Notes under the pieces: generated by a model | What the model was told of the DNA's origin: nothing | The model's database searches: none | What the model saw: the letters and a program-made list of their open reading frames with translations, nothing else | Translations under genes and position numbers: made by a program | Shown here: piece by piece, positions 19,972-30,514 of the stretch | Position numbering within the stretch: the first letter of the stretch is position 1 | Layout: the number at the start of each line of letters is the position of its first letter | Source: an uncultured Granulosicoccaceae bacterium | Lineage (GTDB): Bacteria; Pseudomonadota; Gammaproteobacteria; CALCKW01 | NCBI GenBank assembly: GCA_937965695.1 | Contig: CALCKW010000007.1 | Coordinates: 7,106-71,105, forward strand | DNA: 64,000 nucleotides | Direction of reading: 5' to 3'

Positions 19972-22275
19972 GTGACTATGCTCAAACAAGGCTATCTCCT
20001 GCAACGTCAATGGCGCGATACAGACAAAGGGCTGGAATATACCCTCTGGCTAGCCAGCGACGAAGGTCCTCTAAAGCTGGTGTTCGAGAAACAACAGGCG
20101 ATTTGTTTCGTGCCGCGCGACGCAGAGTTTCCTGCCGCAAACTTCCAGCGCAGATCCAGCCAGCTGCGGTCACAGGAAGGTGAACCCGTCGATTCTCTCT
20201 ACTTTGATCGACAACGAGATCTAGAGCAGTGGCTGGATCAAGGTTCACACCGATACCTCGCGTTTGAAGCTGACATTAAACCTGTAGAACGCTTTTTGAT
20301 GGAGCGTTTCGTTCGGGGTGGTATGGAAGTCAGTGGTGATTGGTTTGCCGAAAAAGGTGTGATGACTTGCCGCAACCCGCAGATCAGATCCGTGGATTGG
20401 CAACCCAACTTGAAAGTGATGTCCTTAGACATAGAGACAGGCGGTAGCGAAGGAGAAGCACTCTATAGTGTCGGGCTGAGCGCACAAGATTTTGGCAAAG
20501 TATTCATGGCTCGTCGCGCTCCCGACGACGGCTCAGACCATTCCAGCATTGTCTGGTGCGGCAATGAGCGAGCAACTTTGAAAGCTGCACTGGCCTGTAT
20601 TGCAGAGCACGATCCAGACGTTTTGATCGGCTGGAACATTGTCGGTTTTGACCTGAGCTTCATGGCATCGGTTAGCAAGCGCTGCGGTTTGCGATTTAGT
20701 CTTGGTCGCGCAGGCGAGAACGCACAAGTGCTACCACCTGGCCAAGGAGGCACCCACATCGCGCGTGTACCTGGACGTGTGGTGCTGGACGGCGTAGCAC
20801 TGCTTAAAGCGGCTTTCTATCAGTTTGAATCCTTTGCGCTAGACAATGTAGCCCATGAACTTCTAGGCGAGCGCAAACTCATCCAGGCACATGGCCTAGA
20901 CAAACTCAGAGAGATCAAACGCCAGTACCGCGAAGATCCCGTTGCACTCGCTGCTTACAATTTGCAGGACTGTGTATTGACGCATCGGGTCTTCGAACAC
21001 GCTGAGCTGGTCGCATTCGCCCTCGCGAGAACAGGGGCAACTGGGTTGCCATTGGACCGCGTGGGAGGGTCGGTAGCCGCGTTCGACTATTTGTATTTAC
21101 CACGCATGCACCGCAAGGGCACGGTTGCCCTGTCAATGATACAAGTCAATGAAGGCGAAAACAGCCCAGGCGGTTACGTGCTGGATTCCACCCCAGGTCG
21201 TTTTGCCAACGTGCTGCTGTTCGACTTTAAATCACTGTACCCTTCCATCATTCGGAGCTTTTTAATCGATCCCGCTGGCCTTTGCGCAGAACACCCCGAT
21301 GCAGTTCCAGGGTTTCGCGAAGCTTGGTTCAACCGCGAAACGCCCATTCTGCCCGCGCTAATAACCGAGCTTTGGGAAGCGCGAGACGCCGCGAAGTTAG
21401 ATAAAAATACACCGCTGTCGCAAGCAATAAAAATCATCATGAACAGCTTTTATGGTGTACTCGGCTCAAGTGGTTGTCGATTCCACGACCCGAGATTGGC
21501 GAGTAGCATTACACTCCGCGGTCACCAAATTATCTACGACAGCAAACAATGGTTTGAACAGCAAGGAGAGCGTGTTATTTACGGTGACACAGATTCCCTG
21601 TTTATCGCCATGAGCCCAAGCTTGAGCTTGGAAGAATGCCAATCAAAGGGTGAGATCTATCGCGATCAGCTAAACCACTATTGGCGAGAACGATTGCAGA
21701 CCGAGTTTAAACTGGAGAGCCATTTAGAAATAGAATTTGAAACACTCTTCAGCCAATTTTGGATGCCTTCTATCCGTGGCAGTGAGCTTGGCAGTAAGAA
21801 ACGCTATGCAGGGCAAGTTCAAAAACCCGACAAAACTGAGCTGATTATTAAAGGCTTGGAATCAGTAAGATCAGATTGGACACATTTAGCACAGCGTTTT
21901 CAACGAGAGCTATTGGAGCGTTGGTTTGCCGATCAAGATCTAACGGGTCTTTGCCGTGAAATACATTTGGGATTGATGCAAGGGGAATTTGACAAAGAGC
22001 TGGTTTTTAAAAAACGCATTCGACGTCCGCTGGACAGTTATCAAAAAAATGTTCCGCCGCATATCCAGGCCGCTCGAAAACATCCCAGACGCCCTAGCAG
22101 ACAAATCGAATATTTGTTTACGCTGAATGGCCCTGAACCTCTGGGACATTTAACGACTACTCTAGACTACGACCGATATGCTGAAAAACAGCTTGCTCCA
22201 ATTGCTGACGCCATTCTAATGTTTGAAGGATTAAACTACGCTGAGCTAGTGGGAAAACAAATGGATCTATTTTAG
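19972..22275 (+). CDS. polB: DNA polymerase II (family B)
   Basis: Exonuclease 'SLDIET'; polymerase 'DFKSLYPSII', 'KIIMNSFYG', 'YGDTDS', 'KKRYAG'; C-terminal clamp-binding motif 'QMDLF'. Confidence 0.96.
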   Translation: MTMLKQGYLLQRQWRDTDKGLEYTLWLASDEGPLKLVFEKQQAICFVPRDAEFPAANFQRRSSQLRSQEGEPVDSLYFDRQRDLEQWLDQGSHRYLAFEADIKPVERFLMERFVRGGMEVSGDWFAEKGVMTCRNPQIRSVDWQPNLKVMSLDIETGGSEGEALYSVGLSAQDFGKVFMARRAPDDGSDHSSIVWCGNERATLKAALACIAEHDPDVLIGWNIVGFDLSFMASVSKRCGLRFSLGRAGENAQVLPPGQGGTHIARVPGRVVLDGVALLKAAFYQFESFALDNVAHELLGERKLIQAHGLDKLREIKRQYREDPVALAAYNLQDCVLTHRVFEHAELVAFALARTGATGLPLDRVGGSVAAFDYLYLPRMHRKGTVALSMIQVNEGENSPGGYVLDSTPGRFANVLLFDFKSLYPSIIRSFLIDPAGLCAEHPDAVPGFREAWFNRETPILPALITELWEARDAAKLDKNTPLSQAIKIIMNSFYGVLGSSGCRFHDPRLASSITLRGHQIIYDSKQWFEQQGERVIYGDTDSLFIAMSPSLSLEECQSKGEIYRDQLNHYWRERLQTEFKLESHLEIEFETLFSQFWMPSIRGSELGSKKRYAGQVQKPDKTELIIKGLESVRSDWTHLAQRFQRELLERWFADQDLTGLCREIHLGLMQGEFDKELVFKKRIRRPLDSYQKNVPPHIQAARKHPRRPSRQIEYLFTLNGPEPLGHLTTTLDYDRYAEKQLAPIADAILMFEGLNYAELVGKQMDLF

Positions 22276-22322
22276 CTATTCTGGAGAGCGTTAGTGGTGC
22301 GGCCAGACTATCAATTTTGTAG

Positions 22323-23453
22323 TTACTGCAATCTTGCTGGTGAAACACTCGTTGAGTCAAAGCCCGCCGCTACTATATTTCGAGGCAGCTCTTTGTTGAG
22401 AATTTGAGAAGCAGCAAATCGTGATAACGCTGGGGCACTCTGTATGCCATATCCACCTTGTCCAGCGAGCCAATAAAAACCCTCGACTTTATTTGAAAAC
22501 CCAGCAACTGGGCTTTTGTCCGCAACAAAGCTGCGCAATCCGGCCCAACGACTTTCAATATTCCGGACTTGTATTTTAAACGCTCGCTCGATGCGATCAA
22601 CACAAAGAGCGACATCCATTTCGGTTGCCTGAACATCGCAGGGTTCCTCAGGGTCTTCATTGGCAGGCGAAATCAACAAGCGACTCGCTTCTGGTTTGAG
22701 ATAAAACTGTTCATCAATATCAAGGGTTAAGGGCAGTTGCTCCGTGACAATTTCAGCAGGCGCATCAACAATAAGTGCTGACCGGCGCTTGGGCACTAAC
22801 CCGATTATTTCAGCCCCTGCTAAAGCACCGACTTTGTCTGCCCATGCCCCGGCGGCATTGACTACAATAGGGGCTTCAAACTGACCGACGGGTGTGTGAA
22901 ACTCCCACTTCCGTCCCACACGCCTCAATGTGCTCGCTTCGGCGTCGCTGATCAACTCACCACTATTTGCCTTGAACTGTCGCAAGTATCCTTGATGCAA
23001 AGCGTGCACATCAATGTCTTGCCCGCTTGGGTCAAGCAGGCCTGTCGTCGCGTAGTTATCACGCAGTAGAGGCTGTATTTCCATCAACTGGCGAGCGTCT
23101 AGCTCGTGTATTGATCCCTCTGCCGATAACTCGCCTTGAAGCGTCTGCAAGGAGAACTCTTGGTCTTCACGTGCAAGCATCAAGATTCCGCGAGCTGACA
23201 ACAGAGCTTGAGGTGTAAAACCGTCAGGTGGTTCTTTGAAAAATATCTCTGAAGCCCGGGTTAAAACTCGAATGGGTTTTGGCCCGTAGATCGGCGCGAA
23301 GATAGCAGCCGACCGGCCCGTGGTGTGGTAACCGGGCTGGCCCTCGGCTTCCAGTAAGATGACGCTTGCATCCAAGGACAATTCCGAGGCGACGGAAGAT
23401 CCGGCTATTCCAGCTCCAATAACAATAACGTCTGTCTGTGTTTTGTTTTTCAC
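22323..23453 (-). CDS. FAD-dependent oxidoreductase (DAO / glycine oxidase family)
   Basis: 'IGAGIAG', 'YHTTGRSAA', 'VNAAGAWAD', 'WAGLRSF', 'GQGGYGIQSAPA'. Confidence 0.9.
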   Translation of the reverse strand: MKNKTQTDVIVIGAGIAGSSVASELSLDASVILLEAEGQPGYHTTGRSAAIFAPIYGPKPIRVLTRASEIFFKEPPDGFTPQALLSARGILMLAREDQEFSLQTLQGELSAEGSIHELDARQLMEIQPLLRDNYATTGLLDPSGQDIDVHALHQGYLRQFKANSGELISDAEASTLRRVGRKWEFHTPVGQFEAPIVVNAAGAWADKVGALAGAEIIGLVPKRRSALIVDAPAEIVTEQLPLTLDIDEQFYLKPEASRLLISPANEDPEEPCDVQATEMDVALCVDRIERAFKIQVRNIESRWAGLRSFVADKSPVAGFSNKVEGFYWLAGQGGYGIQSAPALSRFAASQILNKELPRNIVAAGFDSTSVSPARLQ

Positions 23454-23522
23454 GGCTTAGCCGCTCCCGTCTCTTCGCCAACGTAACGGCAGGCTATGCC
23501 AAGAAGGTGCCTCGGTAAGGGT

Positions 23523-24446
23523 TTAGTCTTCTTTTTCACGCCGCGCCCTTGGGTGAGCTTTGTCGTATACATCCGCTAGATGCTGAAAATCTAGATGGGT
23601 ATAGATCTGTGTGGTGCTGATGTCCGCGTGACCCAGCAGCTCCTGCACGGCACGCAGGTCACCGCTTGATTCGAGCAAATGCGTCGCAAATGAATGACGC
23701 AACATGTGAGGGTGCACATGCAAAGGTAAGCCACGCTCTTGCGCCATCCTTTTTAGTCGATGTTGAACCGTACGCGCTCCCATACGGTTACCGCGCTGAT
23801 TTACAAACAAAGCTTGCTCATCCGACCTAGCCATGGTCTCTCTCACCGCTATCCAAGCCTTCAATGCACTTAGTGCTTGTCGACCGACAGGCAATTCACG
23901 CTCTTTGCCGCCCTTGCCTACCACCCGCAGCTGAGCATTGTCTTGGTCAACCGTGTCTATATCCAGCCCGATAACTTCCGCTAGACGCAGACCACAGGAG
24001 TAGACCAATTCGAACATGGCTTGATCGCCAAACTCCGGTGCACTCTGGGGCTTACCCGCTAGCAGCTGATCCGCTTGATCGACGGCGAGCACACGAGGCA
24101 GTGGTTTGTCGCGCTTAGGGGCAGCAATGTCTTGAGCGGGGTTGTGCTCAAAAAGACCATGAGTAATCCCGTACTTGTAAAATGAACGGATTGCCGATAG
24201 GCGTCGTGACAGACTGCGAGGTGCTTGCCCACGTCTGTGCCAAGTGGCCACCATGCTGCGAAGCTCTCGACCCGTTAAACTAGTCCAGCCCGCACAATCG
24301 CGCTCTTGCATTAAAGCGATAGCGGCATTGAGGTCACGTTGGTAATTGCTTAAGGTGTGCGGCGAATAGCGCCGCTCTTCGCGCAGGTGGCGAAGATAGT
24401 CCGCCACAGGTGCTAGAGGATCTGAATCCGTCGATGAGACAGGCAT
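23523..24446 (-). CDS. xerC: Tyrosine recombinase XerC
   Basis: 'GLRLAE', 'GKGGKER', 'HPHMLRHSFATH', 'LGHADISTTQIYTHLDFQHL'; canonical dapF-DUF484-xerC operon. Confidence 0.96.
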   Translation of the reverse strand: MPVSSTDSDPLAPVADYLRHLREERRYSPHTLSNYQRDLNAAIALMQERDCAGWTSLTGRELRSMVATWHRRGQAPRSLSRRLSAIRSFYKYGITHGLFEHNPAQDIAAPKRDKPLPRVLAVDQADQLLAGKPQSAPEFGDQAMFELVYSCGLRLAEVIGLDIDTVDQDNAQLRVVGKGGKERELPVGRQALSALKAWIAVRETMARSDEQALFVNQRGNRMGARTVQHRLKRMAQERGLPLHVHPHMLRHSFATHLLESSGDLRAVQELLGHADISTTQIYTHLDFQHLADVYDKAHPRARREKED

Positions 24447-24469
24447 GTCAGCCCCAATGTTGAAACGTG

Positions 24470-25174
24470 TTAGCGCAGGAAGCGATTGACACCGCTGCTG
24501 ACCAACTGACCTACACGTTCAAGGAACAAATGGCCTTGATCACGCGTGTATGTCAGTTCACTGCGTGAGCCCAAGCTTAGAACACCCAACTCTCGACCCG
24601 CAATAAGCGGCACAATAGCCACCGACGACTGTTGATCAGCCCGCTCACCAAACAACACTTGTTTCTGGCTTTCACTGGCAAGGCCACAGCGGATTTTTCG
24701 GTTTTTGAGCACGTCACTTAAACATTGCAAATCGGGGTGATCATGGCTGACGTAGCGCCAAGGTTGCTCTACGCTACGCTCGCCCTGCTCCGCGTCAATC
24801 AACAAAACAGAAACATCATCAGCTGAGAAATGTTCCAACATCAGATCACGACTGGCGGCCAATAGATCGTCAAGCGAGTCTGCTGCCATCAGCTCCAAGG
24901 AGAACTGATGCACACTCGAAGCGATACGATCGTTGTCACGCGCGGCGCTGATCATCTCGTGCAGTTGGCGTTTTACTTTAGAGTTTGTTTCGCGCAGAGC
25001 GCTGAGCTGACGCTCAACCAATGAGACGGCTGTGCCGCTCTGATGCGGAACACGCAGTTCTTCTAACAGGCGTGGATGCTGCACAAAAAAATCAGGGTTA
25101 TCGCGCAAAAAGCGAGCAACGCTGCGGTCATCATCCAGAGCAGGACGCTCGGCTACAGCAGTGAGTTCACTCAT
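24470..25174 (-). CDS. yigA: DUF484 family protein (YigA)
   Basis: 'FLRDNPDFF', 'AVSLVERQ...LR', GAF-like C-terminus; ATG overlaps the dapF stop. Confidence 0.9.
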   Translation of the reverse strand: MSELTAVAERPALDDDRSVARFLRDNPDFFVQHPRLLEELRVPHQSGTAVSLVERQLSALRETNSKVKRQLHEMISAARDNDRIASSVHQFSLELMAADSLDDLLAASRDLMLEHFSADDVSVLLIDAEQGERSVEQPWRYVSHDHPDLQCLSDVLKNRKIRCGLASESQKQVLFGERADQQSSVAIVPLIAGRELGVLSLGSRSELTYTRDQGHLFLERVGQLVSSGVNRFLR

Positions 25175-26001
25175 AATTCTAAAGTTCCGTCGTAAACATG
25201 GGCCGCGGGGCCGGTCATCAACAAGTCTGACCCTTCCCCATCCCATTTAATTGTCAGTTGCCCGCCAAGTAAATCTACCGCCACTTCAGGGCCTAATAAC
25301 CCCCACTGACGGCCAACGGCCACGGCTGCACAAGCCCCTGTACCGCAGGCTCTTGTTTCGCCAACACCACGCTCAAAAACGCGCAGTGCAATATGGCTGT
25401 CTGACAGCACTTGCATAAAACCAGCGTTAACTCGACGCGGAAAATCCGTGTGAACCTCAATGGCTGGGCCCAGAGTCTCGACCGGTGCGGTCTCAGTATT
25501 GTCGACGCGAAGCACTGCGTGTGGATTGCCCATAGAGACCGCCCCCACTTGCAACGTTTCATCACCGACTCTAAGAGCATAGTCGTTTTGCCTGTTCTTG
25601 CTGATAAAGGGCAGTGATGCGGGCTCAAAATTGGGCACGCCCATGTTGACGGTAACCATGTCTGCGCCCTGTACCAGCAAACGAATATCACCGTTGTGGG
25701 TTCGTACGGGTATTTCAGTTTTGTCGCTCAAACCCTGTCGGCGCACAAACACCGCAAAACAACGTGCGCCGTTACCGCAGTGCTCGACTTCGCCACCATC
25801 GGCGTTATAGATGCGATAGTTAAAATCAACGCTGGCATCCCCTGGTGGTTCCACCACTAACAGTTGGTCAAAACCAATTCCGGTTTTGCGGTCAGCCAAT
25901 GCCATGATGGCTTGAGTTTCCAACGGCATAGGCTGCTGGGTGGCATCGATGACAATAAAATCGTTGCCCAATCCGTGCATTTTGGCGAAGGGTAGCTTCA
26001 T
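25171..26001 (-). CDS. dapF: Diaminopimelate epimerase
   Basis: 'KMHGLGNDF', 'EHCGNGARC', 'GNPH', '[13 protein letters not shown]'. Confidence 0.98.
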   Translation of the reverse strand: MKLPFAKMHGLGNDFIVIDATQQPMPLETQAIMALADRKTGIGFDQLLVVEPPGDASVDFNYRIYNADGGEVEHCGNGARCFAVFVRRQGLSDKTEIPVRTHNGDIRLLVQGADMVTVNMGVPNFEPASLPFISKNRQNDYALRVGDETLQVGAVSMGNPHAVLRVDNTETAPVETLGPAIEVHTDFPRRVNAGFMQVLSDSHIALRVFERGVGETRACGTGACAAVAVGRQWGLLGPEVAVDLLGGQLTIKWDGEGSDLLMTGPAAHVYDGTLEL

Positions 26002-26003
26002 CT

Positions 26004-27251
26004 TCAGCTGCCAAAAGTTGATTCTAGTGAGTACAGCTCTGGCACAGACTCACGACGACGCACCAATTGATACTTGTCACCGTCGACCATGGCCTCTGGC
26101 GTGCGCGGACGAGAATTGTAGTTTGAGCTCATGGCTGCACAATAAGCACCGGCTGAAAGCACAGCCAATAAGTCACCGGCCTGCACGGCAAGTTCACGCT
26201 GCTTGCCAAGAAAATCGGCGGATTCACAGACAGGACCTACAACATCCATCAGCACCGGCTGCTGATCTCGCGGCTTTACCTCCGTGATTTCCTGCCAAGC
26301 ACTGTAAAGAGCGGGTCGCAGCAAATCATTCATCGCGCCGTCGACAATGGCGAAGTTTCGATCTCCGTTCTCTTTAAGGTATTGCACTTCAGTGAGCATA
26401 ACGCCTGCATTGCCCACAATTGCTCGACCTGGTTCTACGATGATTTTCAAACCGCGCCCATCGATAAGCGGCGCGAGTGCAGCCTGCCAAGCCGAAAGAT
26501 CCATCGGCGTTTCGTCTTTATAGCAAATACCCTGACCGCCGCCGAGATCGAGCTCACTGATGATAATGCCCTCTTCTGCCAGCAAATCGATCAGACCCAA
26601 CAAGCGCTTTGCCGCATCGATATAGGGGTCAATCTCTGTCAGCTGAGACCCAATGTGGCAATCCATCCCAATCACGTTGATATGAGGCAATTCGGCCGCA
26701 CGACGATAAACGGAGAGCGCCACCTCGTGTCCAATGCCAAATTTGTTCTCTTTCAAACCTGTGGAGATATAAGGATGGGTCTGCGCGTCTACGTCTGGGT
26801 TGATGCGCAAGGAGATCTGTGCCACGGCACCCTGGGCACCGGCCACCTCATTGAGGCGCTCCAGCTCAGCAGCGGACTCCACGTTAAAGCTGTGAATGCC
26901 CACTTCCAGTGCGCGAGCCATTTCGTCAGCCTTTTTGCCGACACCTGAGAAGACAATTTTGCTGGCTTCACCACCAGCGGCCAACACCCGCTCTAGCTCA
27001 CCGACCGAAACAATATCAAAACCAGAGCCCAGCTTTGCCAACACGCCCAAAACGGCCAGATTAGAGTTCGCTTTAACCGCATAACAAACTTGGTGGTCCC
27101 AGCCCGCCAGCGATTGATCGAACTGGCGCCAAGCGTCCTCAATCGCGGCACGCGAGTAGACGTAAAGCGGTGTGCCGTACTCTGAAGCCAATTGACTCAT
27201 GGGTACATCTTCGGCGTGAAGTTCGCCATTTTGTTGCCTAAAAGCTTTCAT
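26004..27251 (-). CDS. lysA: Diaminopimelate decarboxylase
   Basis: 'YAVKANSN', 'HIGSQ', 'EPGRAIV', 'GPVCESADF'. Confidence 0.98.
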   Translation of the reverse strand: MKAFRQQNGELHAEDVPMSQLASEYGTPLYVYSRAAIEDAWRQFDQSLAGWDHQVCYAVKANSNLAVLGVLAKLGSGFDIVSVGELERVLAAGGEASKIVFSGVGKKADEMARALEVGIHSFNVESAAELERLNEVAGAQGAVAQISLRINPDVDAQTHPYISTGLKENKFGIGHEVALSVYRRAAELPHINVIGMDCHIGSQLTEIDPYIDAAKRLLGLIDLLAEEGIIISELDLGGGQGICYKDETPMDLSAWQAALAPLIDGRGLKIIVEPGRAIVGNAGVMLTEVQYLKENGDRNFAIVDGAMNDLLRPALYSAWQEITEVKPRDQQPVLMDVVGPVCESADFLGKQRELAVQAGDLLAVLSAGAYCAAMSSNYNSRPRTPEAMVDGDKYQLVRRRESVPELYSLESTFGS

Positions 27252-27439
27252 TTTTCTAGTTCTTTTTCTGGGGATTCAACGAGTTCACTATCTACTTCGG
27301 TTGCGGCTGATTCAACCGACTTGGGCTCCACACCTTCTGAGCCTGGTACCACCAAAGGGCCTTTGTTACCGCAACCACCCAGCAGTATCGTCAACAAAAT
27401 GACGAATTGTGAACTGAGACACGTTTTTGTCTGTTTCAT
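27248..27439 (-). CDS. lptM: Small lipoprotein of the LptM/YifL (LppL) family
   Basis: Lipobox 'LGGC' followed by 'GNKGPL'; canonical position upstream of lysA-dapF. Confidence 0.85.
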   Translation of the reverse strand: MKQTKTCLSSQFVILLTILLGGCGNKGPLVVPGSEGVEPKSVESAATEVDSELVESPEKELEK

Positions 27440-27577
27440 CTTTGTATCATTCTTTCCAGTTTCGGGGTCCGAGACAAATTTTGTAACGCTTAAACCTTTT
27501 TGCATACTTGCCCATAGTGCATGGTCTTAGTAAAGTCAAAATGAATTTATGCCTTCTTCAAGCTTAGGAGCGAGAAA

Positions 27578-27685
27578 ATGCAGTTATCAGGCAAATCTAA
27601 CTATTGTGGGTCTTATCTCGGACTAGCTTTGGCTTCAAGTATTGGTGTTTGGGCTCTACTAGCCATCGTCTTCAGTTACCTCTAA
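27578..27685 (+). CDS. Putative 35-aa single-TM small protein
   Basis: AGGAG RBS 7 nt before ATG; MQLSGKSNYCGSYLGLALASSIGVWALLAIVFSYL; below the ORF-track length cutoff. Confidence 0.55.
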   Translation: MQLSGKSNYCGSYLGLALASSIGVWALLAIVFSYL

Positions 27686-27731
27686 GAAGCTGCGGTGGTC
27701 AAAGTTTCTGACCATCCTCACCTGACCTAGA

Positions 27732-29147
27732 TTATTCGGTTCCCACCGCCAACCACGCTTTTCTAGCGCGTCCGCGCTTAACGGCTTCTCGCACTTGATT
27801 TGGCGCGGTGCCGCCGAAATGATCGCGACTCGCCACTGACCCCTCTAAACTAAGCACACCAAATACATCCTGCTCAATGGCCGCAGAAAACTCTTGCAAC
27901 TCTGACAGTTCCATCTCAGCCAAGTCTCGCTTAGTCTCTAAACCCAATCGAACAGCTTGTCCGACCACCTCGTGTGCGTCTCTAAAAGCCAAGCCTTTAA
28001 CCACAAGGTAGTCCGCCAAGTCTGTCGCGGTGGAGAAACCGCGCAAAGCGGCCTCGCGCATGTCGTCGTGTCTGAAACTGATCGCTGGGACCATATCGGC
28101 AAAAGCCCGCAACGAACCCATCAACGTATCGACGGTATCGAACAGCGGTTCTTTATCTTCTTGGTTATCTTTGTTGTAGGCCAGAGGCTGAGACTTCATC
28201 AGCGTCAACAGGCTAAACAAGTGCCCATAGACACGGCCACTCTTGCCACGGATCAGCTCGGGCACATCAGGGTTTTTCTTCTGCGGCATGATAGAGCTGC
28301 CCGTACAAAAGCGATCGGGCAAGTCGATGAAACTAAATTGCGCGGATGACCACAGCACCAGTTCTTCACTGATACGCGATAAGTGCATCATTAGAATCGC
28401 TGCATCCGAACAAAACTCAATAGCGAAATCACGATCGCTCACCGCATCTAGGGAGTTTTCAGCCGGGCCAGTAAAACCCATTTGCTCAGCCGTAAAATGA
28501 CGGTCAATCGGGTAACTCGTGCCAGCCAAAGCGGCAGCACCCAATGGCGATACATTCATGCGGCGGCGGCAATCACGAATACGGTCTGCATCACGCAGCA
28601 GCATTTCAAACCACGCCATCAAGTGATGACCCACCGTGACTGGCTGCGCTGTTTGCAGATGAGTAAAACCTGGCATCACGGCATCAGCATTTGCGTCCGC
28701 TTGCATCAGCAACCCTTCCAATAGACGATCTATCTCAGCGGAGATCTCATCCAATGCGGTACGCAGATATAGCCGGATATCGGTAGCCACTTGGTCGTTG
28801 CGCGAACGCCCTGTGTGCAACCGCTTGCCCGCCATACCGACCTTTTCAGTCAGGCGTGCTTCGATGTTCATGTGCACATCTTCAAGGCCGACAGACCAAG
28901 GGAAGGTACCAGCCGTTACCTCGGCGCTGATTTCGTCAAGGCCACGAAGAATATCCGCTTTATCCTGCGCACTGATGATGTCTTGTTTTGCCAACATCGC
29001 CGCGTGCGCGCGCGAGCCTTCAATGTCTTGATGCGCCATGCGCTGGTCGAACATCACTGAAGCGGTAAACTCTTCAACAAAGGCATCGGTATCTTCGGCA
29101 AACCGGCCGCCGATAAGCTGCCGACTGGGGGGTGTTTGATTGCTCAT
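27732..29147 (-). CDS. argH: Argininosuccinate lyase
   Basis: 'GGRF', '[10 protein letters not shown]', '[12 protein letters not shown]'. Confidence 0.98.
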   Translation of the reverse strand: MSNQTPPSRQLIGGRFAEDTDAFVEEFTASVMFDQRMAHQDIEGSRAHAAMLAKQDIISAQDKADILRGLDEISAEVTAGTFPWSVGLEDVHMNIEARLTEKVGMAGKRLHTGRSRNDQVATDIRLYLRTALDEISAEIDRLLEGLLMQADANADAVMPGFTHLQTAQPVTVGHHLMAWFEMLLRDADRIRDCRRRMNVSPLGAAALAGTSYPIDRHFTAEQMGFTGPAENSLDAVSDRDFAIEFCSDAAILMMHLSRISEELVLWSSAQFSFIDLPDRFCTGSSIMPQKKNPDVPELIRGKSGRVYGHLFSLLTLMKSQPLAYNKDNQEDKEPLFDTVDTLMGSLRAFADMVPAISFRHDDMREAALRGFSTATDLADYLVVKGLAFRDAHEVVGQAVRLGLETKRDLAEMELSELQEFSAAIEQDVFGVLSLEGSVASRDHFGGTAPNQVREAVKRGRARKAWLAVGTE

Positions 29148-29419
29148 GTTTGAACGGGTCCGACCTAGGCTAAACCCGCTATTTTACACAGTTCTTTAGG
29201 GTGATATGGGCTCAAGCTGGAATGGAATTTATTGAGATGCTTTGTGGTTGAAAATGGCCGCTACCGAAAAGGAAATTCAGACTGCCCCCTAAACACGTTT
29301 TCTCCATGGTGGTGCAGCCAAAGGTAAAGGAGAAGTGGAAGAGTTGCTCAACGTTAAATCGCTGCAATTAGCCATCACTATTTGCCACTGCAGTCCGTGT
29401 TGAACAAACAGCACCAACG

Positions 29420-30184
29420 CTAAATCATGGAGCCAAATCGAGCGGATATCTTAGCTGCTGCGTCAAGTAAGAGCGGCGCTTTGCTTTTTAGCTCTTCCAT
29501 CGAACCAAATCGTGTTGGCGTCCAGAGACTCAAAGTTGCCAAAATGCGTTTGTCGTAATCGACGATAGGTGCAGCAATACCAACTACCTGCCAAAACTCT
29601 TCTCGATTGGAAATAGCATAGCCATTTTTATTGATTAACTTTAAGTCTGTTAGCAGTGTTTTTTGATCAATTAACGTGTTTTCGGTAAATTTCTCGAGTT
29701 CGGCAATATCTAAATATTGATCTAAAGCGGGTTTGTCCATGAATGCCAAAAACATCTTTCCAGCAGCCGTACAATGCAGATCAGACTGCCCACCGAGCTT
29801 AACGGCTAACCGATAAGGATTGATAATGTGAGTGCGAATGAAAGTGACCGAATAATCACTCAGCACGGAAACCGCGACATTCATACCGGAAGCACCACTG
29901 AGCTCCAAGAGATCTTGATCTTCAATTTGAGCTAAGTCAGTTTTTTGCCAGGCCGCCTTAGCCCAACGCATAAGTTTAGGGCCGACAGAATAAGACTTGT
30001 CTCTTTCGTCGAATTGCACCAGTTTCTGACCCAACAAGATCGATAATATCCGGTGAGTCGAACTTTTATTAAACCCTGTCGCGGCCACTATTTCAGAATA
30101 GCTCAGCTTACCCGGTGACTCGGCCAACAGGTCCAACACCACCACAAGCTTATCGACAATAGAGCTCTGTATCTCCCTCGCCAC
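29420..30184 (-). CDS. IclR family transcriptional regulator
   Basis: HTH 'SEIVAATGFNKSSTHRIL', 'LHCTAAGK', 'GIAAPI'; GTG start at 30184 behind GGGAG. Confidence 0.9.
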   Translation of the reverse strand: MAREIQSSIVDKLVVVLDLLAESPGKLSYSEIVAATGFNKSSTHRILSILLGQKLVQFDERDKSYSVGPKLMRWAKAAWQKTDLAQIEDQDLLELSGASGMNVAVSVLSDYSVTFIRTHIINPYRLAVKLGGQSDLHCTAAGKMFLAFMDKPALDQYLDIAELEKFTENTLIDQKTLLTDLKLINKNGYAISNREEFWQVVGIAAPIVDYDKRILATLSLWTPTRFGSMEELKSKAPLLLDAAAKISARFGSMI

Positions 30185-30330
30185 ACACCACTCCCACCCT
30201 AAACTGGAAGGGGCATTATACGGAACACCCACTGCTTGATGAAAAATCCTAGTTTCAGCGAGACTGTGCGCTTCACTGCAAATCATTTAAATAACCGTTT
30301 GACTGAAGGTCCGATTATTCGTATCTTGCA

Positions 30331-30359
30331 TTACAATATTTAATTTTGATATTGTGAAA
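30331..30359. promoter_or_regulatory. Candidate IclR operator in the divergent promoter
   Basis: AT-rich inverted repeat ttacaatat-N9-atattgtga; includes a tttcacaatatcaaaa-type half-palindrome on the minus strand. Confidence 0.45.
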
Positions 30360-30514
30360 CTCATGTCATGACCCCACTTAACCATCGCCGAAGCACCTAT
30401 TGCAGGGCAACAAACCACTAATTTCAGCCCAACAGGCTGTTCATAATCCCAGCTTGCCAACATTCATCCGACAAAAAATTCACTGGCTTACAAAGCCCTT
30501 TTTGAGACAAGTCA

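Noticed and set aside
19870-19975. LexA (SOS) box upstream of polB
   Set aside because: No CTGT-N8-ACAG match is visible.
23523-24446. Tyrosine recombinase as the integrase of the adjacent accessory block
   Set aside because: Sequence and the dapF-DUF484 context identify housekeeping XerC; no att repeats were seen.
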